Below, piece by piece: positions 21,850 to 32,112 of a stretch of 64,000 nt of DNA. Each line of letters begins with the position of its first letter. Positions within the stretch are counted from its first letter, which is position 1. The translations under genes were made by a program, and so were the position numbers. The notes below the pieces were generated by a model. It was not told the DNA's origin. It saw only the letters and a list, made by a program, of their open reading frames with translations, and ran no database searches. This DNA is from Candidatus Bathyarchaeota archaeon (GTDB lineage Archaea; Thermoproteota; Bathyarchaeia; Bathyarchaeales; Bathycorpusculaceae): the NCBI GenBank assembly GCA_963717465.1, contig OY970340.1:2592001-2656000 (forward strand). The letters are read 5' to 3'.

Positions 21850-22836
21850 TTAGTCTTCTTTTTCGGTTTTGTCTTCTTGTGTACGTCGAGCCCACTCAGT
21901 TCTTCTATCAGTCATTAAAAAGTAGCGTGCCTCTCCTTTGGCAGCCTTGGGAATATAAGCACGCGGTAAAGTCCCAACGCCTCGTATTAGGATCAATCGA
22001 GCGGCTTCTTTGGTTCTATTACATGCCATGAGTTCAACTTCTCCGTACGGGCACCACACTTTACATAAATCACCCAGAGGACATTGAACTCTAACGCTAC
22101 CATCTTTGCGGAGAAATAGAACAGCATCAACGTCGACGGCTGAAGGAGCGCACTCGCATATTACCATTCTTGCGCACTCAAGTTTGTTGCTTTCTTGAGG
22201 AGAAATAGAAAATGGAGGATACTCTTTATGAAATCTTGTGTAGCCAATCGTTCTTGCTTTTTCAGCAGCTTCCTCTTTGGAAGTTCCAGTTGCAACTACA
22301 TGCAATGACTCCCTGTCTCTGCAAACCCAAAAAGCATCAAAACCTCGATATTTCGAGAATACAGGATACAGGTAAGCTTCTTTGTCCTTCAAGACAGGTC
22401 TTTCTTGGGTTGCTGATAACTCTTTTCCGAAAATGACCGAAAGCTTTTCTGGAGAAACGGTTTCTTTTTCTGACAAAATCGCGCTAGTTGCGGAGCCACC
22501 TTCGCCTAACACTTTTTTTAAAGCGTGTGAAAAAGTAGGCAGGGACTTGTATTCTCCCTCCATTTGGAGAAAGCCTCTGTATATCCTATGTAACCCAACA
22601 CGTGATCCACGAATTTTCACGAAAATTGCGTAAGGATCAATTTTTCGCAGCTCTTTTACGGAGTTCTCAACATCGTTTCTTTTTCCTCTTATCACTATGC
22701 CACTACAGGTTTCTCTCACGTTAACTGGCAGAGGCATTGTGGCGCCGTGGAGATAGGCAGGAGTTACCCAAGAATCGGGAGAGATAACAATCTCCATCGA
22801 TATTACATCGTCTTTGTTATCATCATTTTTACTCAT
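21850..22836 (-). CDS. methanogenesis marker protein 6 (Mmp6)-like N-terminal domain fused to a Cys-rich C-terminal extension
   Basis: VRETCSG, IFVKIRG and GFLQMEGE align by eye to Mmp6 IKETCFG, IFVKDRG and GFHQLEAE; ~200 extra residues. Confidence 0.7.
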   Translation of the reverse strand: MSKNDDNKDDVISMEIVISPDSWVTPAYLHGATMPLPVNVRETCSGIVIRGKRNDVENSVKELRKIDPYAIFVKIRGSRVGLHRIYRGFLQMEGEYKSLPTFSHALKKVLGEGGSATSAILSEKETVSPEKLSVIFGKELSATQERPVLKDKEAYLYPVFSKYRGFDAFWVCRDRESLHVVATGTSKEEAAEKARTIGYTRFHKEYPPFSISPQESNKLECARMVICECAPSAVDVDAVLFLRKDGSVRVQCPLGDLCKVWCPYGEVELMACNRTKEAARLILIRGVGTLPRAYIPKAAKGEARYFLMTDRRTEWARRTQEDKTEKED

Positions 22837-24076
22837 TGTTTTTTTCTCCTGAAGCTAATATTGCAGCGCCTACAGCACCAGCATACTGCGGAAATTTTGG
22901 AACCAAAACTTTCGCGTTTATAACGTTTTCAAATGCTGCAACTAAACCCTTGTTCAAAGAAGCCCCTCCAGTTACAATCACCGGTTCCCGCAAATCTATT
23001 TCCTGCAACTGTTGTTCGAAAAACTGTTCAGCAACACTTTGACAAGCTGCTGCTGCTACATCCTCTCTTCGTATGCCTGAAGCCAAAGCACCAGCGATAT
23101 CCTGCATTCCAAAAACAATGCAATAAGCATTCATAACAACACTCTTTGGATCGCCTTGTAATGCTAAATCACCCAGACTGTTAATATCAACGCCGATTCG
23201 GTTGGCAGCAACTTCCAAGAACCTGCCCGAGCCTCCTGCACATATGCTTCCGACCGTGAAACAATCAGGAACACCATTGTGAATAGACATGGCTTTGCTA
23301 TCTGTACCTCCTATGTCAATTATAGTAGCGTACCCATCCTGTTTATTAGCGAGAAAAGAGGCTCCTTTCGCACTTACTGTAATTTCTTCCAACGCAACAT
23401 TGGCATTAAACACTTTGCCCAAAATTTCCCGGCCATAACCAGTGACGCCCACTGCATCCAACTGGTTCATTTTCAGTGATGCTTTCTTAAGGGCTTCTTC
23501 AGCTGCTTTACGACCAGTTTCTAATATATCAGTTGTGGGAAGCCACGCTAAGCTGACTATTTGCCCGTCTTTCATAACTGCGGCCTTAGTCATGGTTGAA
23601 CCGGAGTCTACGCCTAAGGTAATGCCAACTTGTTTCTGCGTTGATAGGAGTTTTCTTTGATTAACTAAATTAGCGAGCGCTTCCATTCTGAGAAGCAAGT
23701 TTCGCTTCATGGTTCGCTCAGTGAATGAATAAACCATGACTGGGATATCGAGTTTGGATTGAAGGTACTTCCTAATTATATGCTTTACAAGGGCTCCTTC
23801 ACCGCAACGGAAACAGGTTAAAATCATTGCTGCATCAACCCAGAAACCGGCTGAATCAGGTCTTTTTTCAACAAGAGATAGAGCTTGGCCAAGCATAACT
23901 TTCAATGCATTGCTGGCGGGAACAAAACCTAACTGTTCTTCTGCACGTTTTATCTCTCCAGTAGTGGTTTCTGGAATGGAAATATCAGCATTAGCGGTTG
24001 CTGCTGCCTTATCAACTTCATTTTGGATGCCGCTCCATTCGGTGCCGCATGAAATCTGTGCAATTTTGATGGTCAC
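22829..24076 (-). CDS. methanogenesis marker protein 15 (Mmp15)-like ASKHA ATPase / CoA-dehydratase activator
   Basis: KIAQISCGTEWSG, CFRC, YSFTERT, RMEAL, GVDSGSTMTK, TGYGR, DIGG, CAGGSGRF, YCIVFG. Confidence 0.88.
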   Translation of the reverse strand: MTIKIAQISCGTEWSGIQNEVDKAAATANADISIPETTTGEIKRAEEQLGFVPASNALKVMLGQALSLVEKRPDSAGFWVDAAMILTCFRCGEGALVKHIIRKYLQSKLDIPVMVYSFTERTMKRNLLLRMEALANLVNQRKLLSTQKQVGITLGVDSGSTMTKAAVMKDGQIVSLAWLPTTDILETGRKAAEEALKKASLKMNQLDAVGVTGYGREILGKVFNANVALEEITVSAKGASFLANKQDGYATIIDIGGTDSKAMSIHNGVPDCFTVGSICAGGSGRFLEVAANRIGVDINSLGDLALQGDPKSVVMNAYCIVFGMQDIAGALASGIRREDVAAAACQSVAEQFFEQQLQEIDLREPVIVTGGASLNKGLVAAFENVINAKVLVPKFPQYAGAVGAAILASGEKNNE

Positions 24077-24522
24077 TGCTTCAACTCCTTTTCAGGCTGT
24101 TTAAGGAAGTTAACTACTTTTTGAACAAAAACCACTGCTTCCTCTTCATTGCGTGGATAACTTAGCGAAAGAATCGGAATATCTCGCTGTCTAACCATGT
24201 ATTTCGCGAATTCATTTGCTCTAGCACAACCTGAACTGCCAAAGGCTATTTCAGAATTTTCCACAAGAATTGCAACATCAGCCTGCTGCACCAAGGGCGC
24301 CAGCACATTTATTCTTCCTCTGACCCCGGATGGGACATCAACCGAACAATATTTTAGAGCTTCTCGCGGCTCTTTGTAAGTTATGCCGTATGGTGGCGAA
24401 TCAAAAGTGGCAATTTTTGCACGTTTACTAATTTCTTCCATTATAGCTAAAGGCTCATGACCAAGCCTTTTCACCATATCATACAAAACCAGACTATTGT
24501 ACGGGAAAATGAAGACCTTCAA
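24073..24522 (-). CDS. methanogenesis marker protein 5 (Mmp5)-like protein
   Basis: KVFIFPYNSL, GHEPL, DSPP, VPSGVRGR, GCARANE. Confidence 0.85.
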   Translation of the reverse strand: MKVFIFPYNSLVLYDMVKRLGHEPLAIMEEISKRAKIATFDSPPYGITYKEPREALKYCSVDVPSGVRGRINVLAPLVQQADVAILVENSEIAFGSSGCARANEFAKYMVRQRDIPILSLSYPRNEEEAVVFVQKVVNFLKQPEKELKQ

Positions 24523-24804
24523 ACACCTGACCTCTAGTTAACGTCTCAAAAGCTCATTAAAGATTATTTCGGTATTTTCATGTATTTCCTTATCGTAAAA
24601 GTTTCTAGATGATTTAGACAAAAATGGACCTGATAAGTTTTTACAGTGGATTCATTAAGGAAACTTAAATAACGATTGTTTACTTGCAAAAACTTGCATA
24701 TTACACTATTGTTTAGTTTTGACGGAAAGTTATAAATTGTTAAGATGCTATTAGGAGTAAATATATAGTATTTGAGCTATTGATGTAAAAAAGAGGATAG
24801 GAAA

Positions 24805-25552
24805 TTGAGCACTCACGCAGAAGATTTGAAGCTTCGGTTAATGACGATTGAACTTTTAAGAACTGCCAAGTATAAACGTAATATTACTTATCGAGAATTA
24901 GCTTCCAAAACAGGTTTACCAGTCACCGTTTTAAGCCGATACGCAAAAGGACACGTTTTACCCAACACCACACGCGCAAGACAACTTGGACGGATTCTTA
25001 CTAAACTAGTGGGTTTAGAAGCAGAGTTGCGGAGCAGAATAAAATTTGATGACACAGGATATTTCGATAACACTGAAATAGTGGGTGACTACAACATCCT
25101 TCAGCAAGCAGCAAATCATGCTCTTGCCAATTTTGCTGGAAAAAGAGTAACAAAAGTATTAACTGCCGCCGTAGATGGCATTCCGTTAGCCACCATGGTT
25201 GCTAACTCATTAGGAGTTAATCTTAATCGTCGCAAAAAGAAACAAGGAAGTAGGCGTTAAAGCCTTCCTTGAAGAAACATACATTCTAGGAAGAGATTCC
25301 GGAGTAACAGTGACACTTTACATTCCAAAAGAAGCAATAAAAAAACGTGACAGCGTTCTCGTAGTAGACGACATGATTAAAAGCGGAGAAACCCAGGAAG
25401 CACTAGTTAACCTCGTTAAAAAATCGAAGGCTGAGATTTCAGGCGTTTTCTCGCTCATCGCCGTCGGTGAGGAATGGAAGAAACGACTCAAATTCGGCGA
25501 CGACGCTCCAGTTGAAGTAGTCACTTACCTCAAATCACCAATCGACAACTAA
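24805..25552 (+). CDS. HTH-phosphoribosyltransferase fusion protein (archaeal Apt/PurR-like), frameshift near 25225
   Basis: TYRELASKTGLPVTVLSRY HTH; AVDGIPLA; VLVVDDMIKSGET PRPP loop. Confidence 0.8.
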
Positions 25553-25599
25553 AATAAACAATTTTTAACGACCAATTTCGTTCATTTGAGGTTTAGCAA

Positions 25600-26599
25600 T
25601 TGAGAACTATAGAGTGGAAAAATGGAACAGTTATAACCATTGACCAAACAAAACTGCCCAATGAAACAGTAACTTTAAAAATCAAAACAGTTGAAGAAAT
25701 GGCTGAAGCAATAAAAACTCTGCGCATCCGTGGTGCTCCATTGCTGGGGGCAGCAGCTGCATTCGGTGTTGCGTTGGCGGCTTACAATTCAAAAACACAA
25801 AATAAAGAAGAATTGCTAGCTGAATTAGAGGACGCTGGTGCAGTAATTAAGCGCCAAAGACCAACAGCTGTAAACCTTTTTTGGGGTGTTGATCGCGTCT
25901 TTAAAAAAGCACACGAATTTTCAGGAAGCACGGATGAATTAAGAGCATTGGTTATTGCTGAAGCACAAAAGATTCTTGAGGAAGATGCAGAACAGAACCG
26001 TGCAATCGGTCGAAACGGTGCAGTACTTATTAAAGATGGTGATACAATTTTAACTCATTGCAATGCGGGCGAACTGGCAACTGTTGAATATGGCACTGCG
26101 TTGGGAGTTATTACGGGCTGCTTGGGAACAAGGCAAAAAAATCAAGGTTATTGCTGATGAAACTCGGCCGCTACTGCAAGGTGCAAGGCTAACAACTTAT
26201 GAGCTTAAACGTGCAGGTATACCTGTGACTTTGATTACTGATAACATGGCTGGCTTTATCATGCAAAAAGGGCTTGTTGACAAGGTTATTGTTGGCGCAG
26301 ACCGGATTGTTCAGGATGCTGTTATTAATAAAATTGGTACTTTTTCAGTTGCCGTGTTAGCGCATGAACATAAATTGCCTTTTTATGTTGCGGCGCCAAA
26401 ATCCACGTTTGACTTAGCCCATAAGGCTGCTGATGTTACAATAGAAGAGCGAAAACCTGAAGAAGTTACACACATTGGTAATCAAAGGATCGCTACAGAA
26501 GGCGTAGCAGTTTATAATCCTGCTTTTGATATAACACCGTTGAAATATGTCTCGGCAATTATCTGTGAAAGTCAGAGTCTATTACCAAAAAGATTTTAG
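25600..26599 (+). CDS. mtnA: S-methyl-5-thioribose-1-phosphate isomerase, frameshift near 26115
   Basis: [37 protein letters not shown]. Confidence 0.9.
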
Positions 26600-26668
26600 T
26601 AAATTCAAGAACAGAAAAGGAATTGCCCAAAAATCAAAGAAGCCAATAAAATCAAGTTGATTATTCAA

Positions 26669-27224
26669 ATGAGCAAAAACGAAAAGACTACACCTGTCGA
26701 ATTCAAGACCAGCGGCGTCCTCTTAGAAAAAGGAAGTAAAAATAAAAGAAAAAAGCAGCATTGATGCGCTCTCCAGCCGCGGATACGGAACTATGGAGAA
26801 CGATGTTTTTAAGCTAACGTTTTACGAAGCGTTATATCTTTTAGATAAGGGCATGCTTGAGGTTAAAGATAAGAAAGATAACGTTTTGGATTTTCAGAGT
26901 CTTCTCCATTGTTACGAGGCTGTTGATGAGAATGCTTGGGTTAACTACTTGGTTTACAGAGACCTTCGCAGTCGAGGTTACGTTGTCAGGGAAGGATTCG
27001 GCGCTGGAACGGATTTTCGGATTTACGAACGGGGAGCATACGGGAAAGAAACTGCTTCGTACTTGGTTTTAAGTTGTCAAGAGGGAAAACCCTTGGTGAT
27101 TGATGATTTAGCCAATGCCCTATCACAGTGTCAAAGCCAAAAAAAGGAATTAGTATTAGCTGTAATGAATCGTCGGGGCGAAATAGTGCATTATTCTGTT
27201 TCTGAATTAAAATTTGGCAAATAA
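26669..27224 (+). CDS. endA: tRNA-splicing endonuclease subunit, frameshift near 26735
   Basis: EALYL, VYRDLRSRGY, DFRIYERG; upstream ATG at 26669 joins by a frameshift. Confidence 0.8.
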
Positions 27225-28082
27225 CTTTTCATCGACCTGTCGTAACAAACCATTGAGAACTAAAATTTTTAGCTTTTGCTTCTTTAAGTTTTTTGCGGCT
27301 GCGTCTATTTGTTGTCCAAGAATTCTTGCGTTGATATTGCCTATGCCTTTCTCACTCGCTTTGCACAAGTACTTAATGTTGCTTGGGTCATAACCCATAA
27401 CTCTGGACGCGACTGCATCTGTTGCAACGACATCGTCTCCCGCGACAATTAAGTCGTTCTTTATCGATTTTCCGCTGTCAACTTTTCCTTCCAAGCCAAA
27501 AAAACCGCTTATAACGGTTAGCTTAGGTTTAATAACAGTGTTGATGTCGACAGCCACATTTTCTATTCCTTTTGCATAATACTTTGTTTTAGCCTTATCC
27601 ATTATCAGTCCAAATAGGTTTTTCATGCCCAGAGTAGCCCTTGTTCCAGCGCTGATTATTGCTGATTCCGTCACTAATCGGGGAACAGTTACAGTTTTTA
27701 GTTTTTCCGGATTGGGAATTGTCAGTTTTACTTTCTTTTTAGCATCGCTTAAGTCAATGCACTCAACGCCGTTTCGGGTACACATTTCTTTTAATCTGGT
27801 TGCTTCGAAAAGCTCATTAGCGTTAGTCAGTGCTGACTCTGATTCCGCAACATAAATCTCTTTTATTTTCAAATCCTTTAACTTTAGAATAATTGCTTCG
27901 ATTACTAATGGATCTGCGGTTGCACTGCTGTCCATTAATTTGCTAACGATAAAGTTTATTTTAATAAGTACTTTATCAAAGCCCGCCAGAGCCTTTTTGT
28001 AATCGATTAAATCAAGGGCTTCAAAAACTGGTTTGTGCCCAAACTCTCCTTCAACAATTGCAACATTAGGCAAATTTTCCAT
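27207..28082 (-). CDS. DUF362-family protein, divergent
   Basis: KVLIKIN, TLGMKNLFG, DVVATDAV...MGYDP. Confidence 0.75.
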   Translation of the reverse strand: MENLPNVAIVEGEFGHKPVFEALDLIDYKKALAGFDKVLIKINFIVSKLMDSSATADPLVIEAIILKLKDLKIKEIYVAESESALTNANELFEATRLKEMCTRNGVECIDLSDAKKKVKLTIPNPEKLKTVTVPRLVTESAIISAGTRATLGMKNLFGLIMDKAKTKYYAKGIENVAVDINTVIKPKLTVISGFFGLEGKVDSGKSIKNDLIVAGDDVVATDAVASRVMGYDPSNIKYLCKASEKGIGNINARILGQQIDAAAKNLKKQKLKILVLNGLLRQVDEKLFAKF

Positions 28083-28333
28083 AGGGGCTGGTATATTGAA
28101 GTTACTTATAAATTGTTTCTACGTTATTTCAAACGTTTATCGAAGCCATAAAATCAATTCAAAAAATCTGAATTATTTCATGGGTTGTCATGAGCAATCT
28201 CGCTGCTTTGAATTCGTAATAGAAATTCAAGTGTTAAAAAAAATAATCAAATTATTGATCCAGTATGAGAAAAGCAAGTTTTTTACCTCAGCAGTTACTC
28301 AATTAAAGTTCAAAAATAAGGAAATCGATAAAG

Positions 28334-29141
28334 TTGGCCAAGTCAAAGAATTATTCGTGGGATGCTAAAGATTACTCTAAGAATTCTGCCAACCAGTTAC
28401 AATGGGCAAAAGAGTTAATTCCTAAACTAAAATTGTCTGGGAAAGAAAAACTTGCTCGATATAGGTTGCGGCGATGGAAAAGTCACTGCTGAACTTGCTC
28501 AAAACCTTCCTAACGGCAGCGTAATCGGTATTGATAATTCGGAAGCGATGATAAATCTAGCTAAAACTTCTTTTGCCGAGAAATCGTACCCAAATCTTTC
28601 CTTTCAAAGAATGGATGCTAGGGAATTAAAATTTGTTGAACAATTTGATCGAGTTTTTTCTAATGCTGCTCTGCATTGGATTATTGATCATCGACCTGTT
28701 CTAAATGGAGTTTATAAAAGCCTGAAGATGTCAGGCAAACTTCTTTTTCAGATGGGTGGAAAAGGCAACGCTCAAGACATACTTGGCATTATAGATGAGC
28801 TAGTACTTGAAAAGGCATGGAAAGAATTCTTTGTAGATTTCTCATTCCCTTATGGATTTTACGAGCCACAGGAGTATGCAGCTTGGCTAAAGGAAGCTAA
28901 TTTGAAACCGGAAAGAGTGGAGCTTATCCCAAAGGAAATGAAGCTATCTGGCGTGCAGGGATTAGAAGGCTGGATTAGGACCACATGGTTGCCATATACT
29001 GAAAGGTTGCCAGTTAAACGTAGAGACGAATTCATTAAAGAAATTGTTGATCGATACCTTGCTAGGCATCCAATGAGTGATGAAGGCATCGTCAATTTGA
29101 AGATGATGCGGCTTGAAGTAGAAGCAGCCAAGACTTGTTGA
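28334..29141 (+). CDS. class I SAM methyltransferase (trans-aconitate methyltransferase-like), frameshift near 28450
   Basis: WDAKDY...QLQWA upstream; LDIGCGDG, FSNAALHW. Confidence 0.85.
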
Positions 29142-29209
29142 GGATAGTTTAAAAGATAAATATGTGCCTTCTTAATTGCTAAGCGTTCAAAGGGCAAAGG
29201 AGAAAATGT

Positions 29210-30484
29210 ATGCCGACTTTCCAGACTGTTCGCGGAATGAGAGATATTCTGAATGAAGAAGCAGAAATATTCACAAGAGTAATAGCTAAGGCTAAAGAAA
29301 CAGCGGCACTATTTGGGTACAAAGAGGTTATTACACCGGTCGTTGAACCGCTTGAGCTTTTAAGCGCTAAGTCAGGAGAAGAAATTCGTCAGCGCATGTT
29401 TATTTTCAAGGATCTTGGGGATCGCACAGTAGCTTTAAGGCCAGAGTTTACTGCGTCAATTGCAAGGTTAGCCACCACAGCGCTTAGAACAGAACCTAAA
29501 CCCCTGCGTCTATTTTCATCGGGAAGCGTTTACCGTTATGATGAACCCCAACGGGGACGTTACAGGGAGTTTTGGCAATCAAACTTTGAATTAATGGGGT
29601 CCGAGAAGCCTGAAGCAGACGCAGAAATAGTCCTGTTAACCAATAATCTAATGAAAAGTTTAGGTTTACAGGGCTACGCTTTCAAGATCGGACATGTTGG
29701 CGTGTTGCGTGGCATTCTTAGTCAGGAAAACGTTGATGAAAAAACTCAAAATGCCATATTGCAGAGGATGGATAAGAAAGAGTACGAGGAAGCCTTTAAG
29801 CTAATTCAATCGGACAAGTGCCGCAACGTGCTTGAAGGTTTATTGCAGCTTAAAAGTAAAGATTGCTTTGAAACAGTCCAAAAAATCAAGTCACACGTTG
29901 AAGGGTATGAAAAGGCACTCAAAGCAGTTGAAAACCTGCATGAAATACTGAAGTTTATCGTAGAAAGCGGCTGTCCAGTTGAGACTGTTGAGCCAGCGTT
30001 TGCTAGAGGCTTAGAATATTATACTGGCATAATTTTTGAAGTGTACATTCCCCAGTTGGAAATAGCCTTAGGCGGCGGCGGACGATACGACAGACTTATT
30101 GAAGTATTCGGAGGTGAACCAACACCCGCTATAGGTGCAGCTCACGGCGTTGATCGAATTGTGCTTGCAATGCAAATGCAGAAAACCGCTTTAACAGGCA
30201 GGCAAAGCAAACGAGTTGCAGTGGTTCCAGTAAATGAAGCGGTTAAAGTTGAAGCACTAAAAATTTCCCAAACGCTTAGAAATGCTGGTGTTTGCGTTGA
30301 GTTTGAGGTTATGGGTCGCAAAATGGCTAAGGCATTGGAAGATGCAGATAAACGCAAAGTTGATTTTGCCATAATCGTTGGTGAAAGAGAATTAAAAGTC
30401 AACTCAGTAGTTCTTAGGAACTTAGCTACGCGTGAACAAACGATCGTTCCTTTGGAAAGAATTGTTGAGAAAATAAAAGAATAA
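29210..30484 (+). CDS. hisS: histidine--tRNA ligase
   Basis: LRPEFT, RYDEPQRGRYREF, RGLEYY, GGGRYD. Confidence 0.96.
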   Translation: MPTFQTVRGMRDILNEEAEIFTRVIAKAKETAALFGYKEVITPVVEPLELLSAKSGEEIRQRMFIFKDLGDRTVALRPEFTASIARLATTALRTEPKPLRLFSSGSVYRYDEPQRGRYREFWQSNFELMGSEKPEADAEIVLLTNNLMKSLGLQGYAFKIGHVGVLRGILSQENVDEKTQNAILQRMDKKEYEEAFKLIQSDKCRNVLEGLLQLKSKDCFETVQKIKSHVEGYEKALKAVENLHEILKFIVESGCPVETVEPAFARGLEYYTGIIFEVYIPQLEIALGGGGRYDRLIEVFGGEPTPAIGAAHGVDRIVLAMQMQKTALTGRQSKRVAVVPVNEAVKVEALKISQTLRNAGVCVEFEVMGRKMAKALEDADKRKVDFAIIVGERELKVNSVVLRNLATREQTIVPLERIVEKIKE

Positions 30485-30514
30485 AAAGAAAAAAGTACCT
30501 AATTCAAGGCGGCT

Positions 30515-31880
30515 TTAGAGCCGTGCGATGTATCTTTTGACTTCCCACTCGGTTACTTGAGTTTTGTATAGGTCCCATTCTCTGCGTTTCTCAATTAAGA
30601 AGTTTTCGAATGCAGTTGGGCCTAAGGTTTCACGCATTAGATCGCTTGTTTCCAGTTCATCCAAAGCTTCTTTAAGCGACTCTGGCAGGGATATTATGCC
30701 TCGTTCTTTACGCTCCTCGTACGTCATGTGGTAAACGTTCAGTTCAACTGGGTCTCCAGGATCAGTCCTGTTTTTAATGCCGTCTAGTCCTGCTGCCAGC
30801 AGCACTGCAAACTGCAAGTAGGGGTTTCCTGCTCCGTCAGGGTTAGCGTATTTCGCATCGCGCTGCAGCTTTTCTTCCTCCAAAGTTAGGCACTCTAATG
30901 AGCGGCGACCTGTTCTTGTGCGCCCAAGCCAAGTAAACTGGTGCCTCGTAGCCGGGGACTAAACGTTTGTAGGAGTTTGGCCAAGAGTTCAAAATCGCCG
31001 TCATTTTGCGTCCATGAGCTAATTGTCCACCGATAAAGTTTCTTGCGAGGTCGGAGATGTAGCCGTCTTTTGCATTGTCAGAGAAGAAGAGGTTTTGGGT
31101 AACGTCTTTGTTCCATAGGCTTTGGTGTGTGTGCATTCCTGAACCGTTTATTCCTTGGAATGGTTTTGGCATGTGTGTTGCTAAGTAACCGTTGCGGGCT
31201 GCAACGACTTTTGTCACCATTTTCATGGTTATTGTGCGGTCAGCTGTGTCCAAGACTTCGCCGTATTTGAAGTCTATTTCGTTTTGTCCCAGCGCGACCT
31301 CGTGATGGCTAATTTCGATTTCAATTCCGAAAGGTTCTGCCATATCAGCGATTTCTCTACGTAGATCGTCGGTTAAGTCGCTCGGGTGGAAATCAAAGTA
31401 GCCAGCCATATCAATCGGCGTAGGTAAACCGCCGTTTTCGGCTTCTTTAACTATGAAGAATTCAAGTTCTGGTGCGCATACGTAAGTGAAGCCTGCTTTG
31501 TTGGCTTTTTCGACGGCTCTTTCAAGTATGTATCTTGGATCTCCTTCGAAACGTTTGTTTTGTGGAGTATATATGTCACATAGTAATCGGCAAGAAGATT
31601 TTTCTTTTGGCCTCCAAGGCAATACGGCGAATGTTGTCGGGTCTGGATAAAGAACCATATCCGATTCTTCGATTGGCCTGTAACCGGTTATGGATGAACC
31701 ATCAAAGGATTGCCCGTGTTCAAAGATGCCTTCGATGTTTTTTGAACTGACGGCCAAGTTTTTTAGCATCCCGTTAATGTCGGTAAATTGCAGTCTAACA
31801 AATTTCAAGTCTTGTTCCTGTATCTGTTGAACAACTTTTGTAACGTTCGCCTTCCAAGTTGAATCCTTGAAGTTTCTCAT
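30515..31880 (-). CDS. glnA: type I glutamine synthetase, frameshift near 30845
   Basis: FDGSSI, PELEFF, HHEVA, GINGSGMH, YKRLVPGYEAP, NPYL. Confidence 0.95.
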
Positions 31881-32027
31881 GTATTATTCATCCTTTCTTT
31901 TTAGCGTTAAAGTTTTTGGTTTATTAAGTTTAAATAGCATACCTAACGATATATTAAGGTTTATTAGCGAAAGTTTCCCAAATATGTATATTCATAGAAG
32001 TTGAAGGGAAAATTTTGAACCAGCATC

Positions 32028-32112
32028 CAATTTAATTCTAAATTACTGAACAAAAGAATAGGCAAATTTTTGCCCAGAATTTTTGTTCAATTTAATTCTA
32101 AATTACTGAACA
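32028..32112. repeat. two exact 25-bp direct repeats upstream of glnA
   Basis: CAATTTAATTCTAAATTACTGAACA at 32028-32052 and 32088-32112. Confidence 0.9.

Noticed and set aside
21850..24522. Evidence that the organism is a methanogen
   Set aside because: No mcr, mtr or other methanogenesis genes are in the window and the markers are divergent; this cannot be concluded.
18806..24522. Nitrogenase-like cofactor pathway (homocitrate synthase plus Fe-S genes)
   Set aside because: The synthase-like gene is on the opposite strand and lacks its catalytic motif, and no nif genes are present.
28033..28368. 111-aa ORF between the DUF362 and methyltransferase genes
   Set aside because: Overlaps both neighbours, is AT-rich and has no motif.
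30515..31880. Programmed frameshifting or pseudogenisation of glnA and other split genes
   Set aside because: Indels are widespread and show no shared slippery signal; assembly error is simpler.
32028..32112. CRISPR array
   Set aside because: Only two repeats, a self-complementary spacer, no cas genes in the window, and a location in the glnA upstream region; kept as a repeat only.
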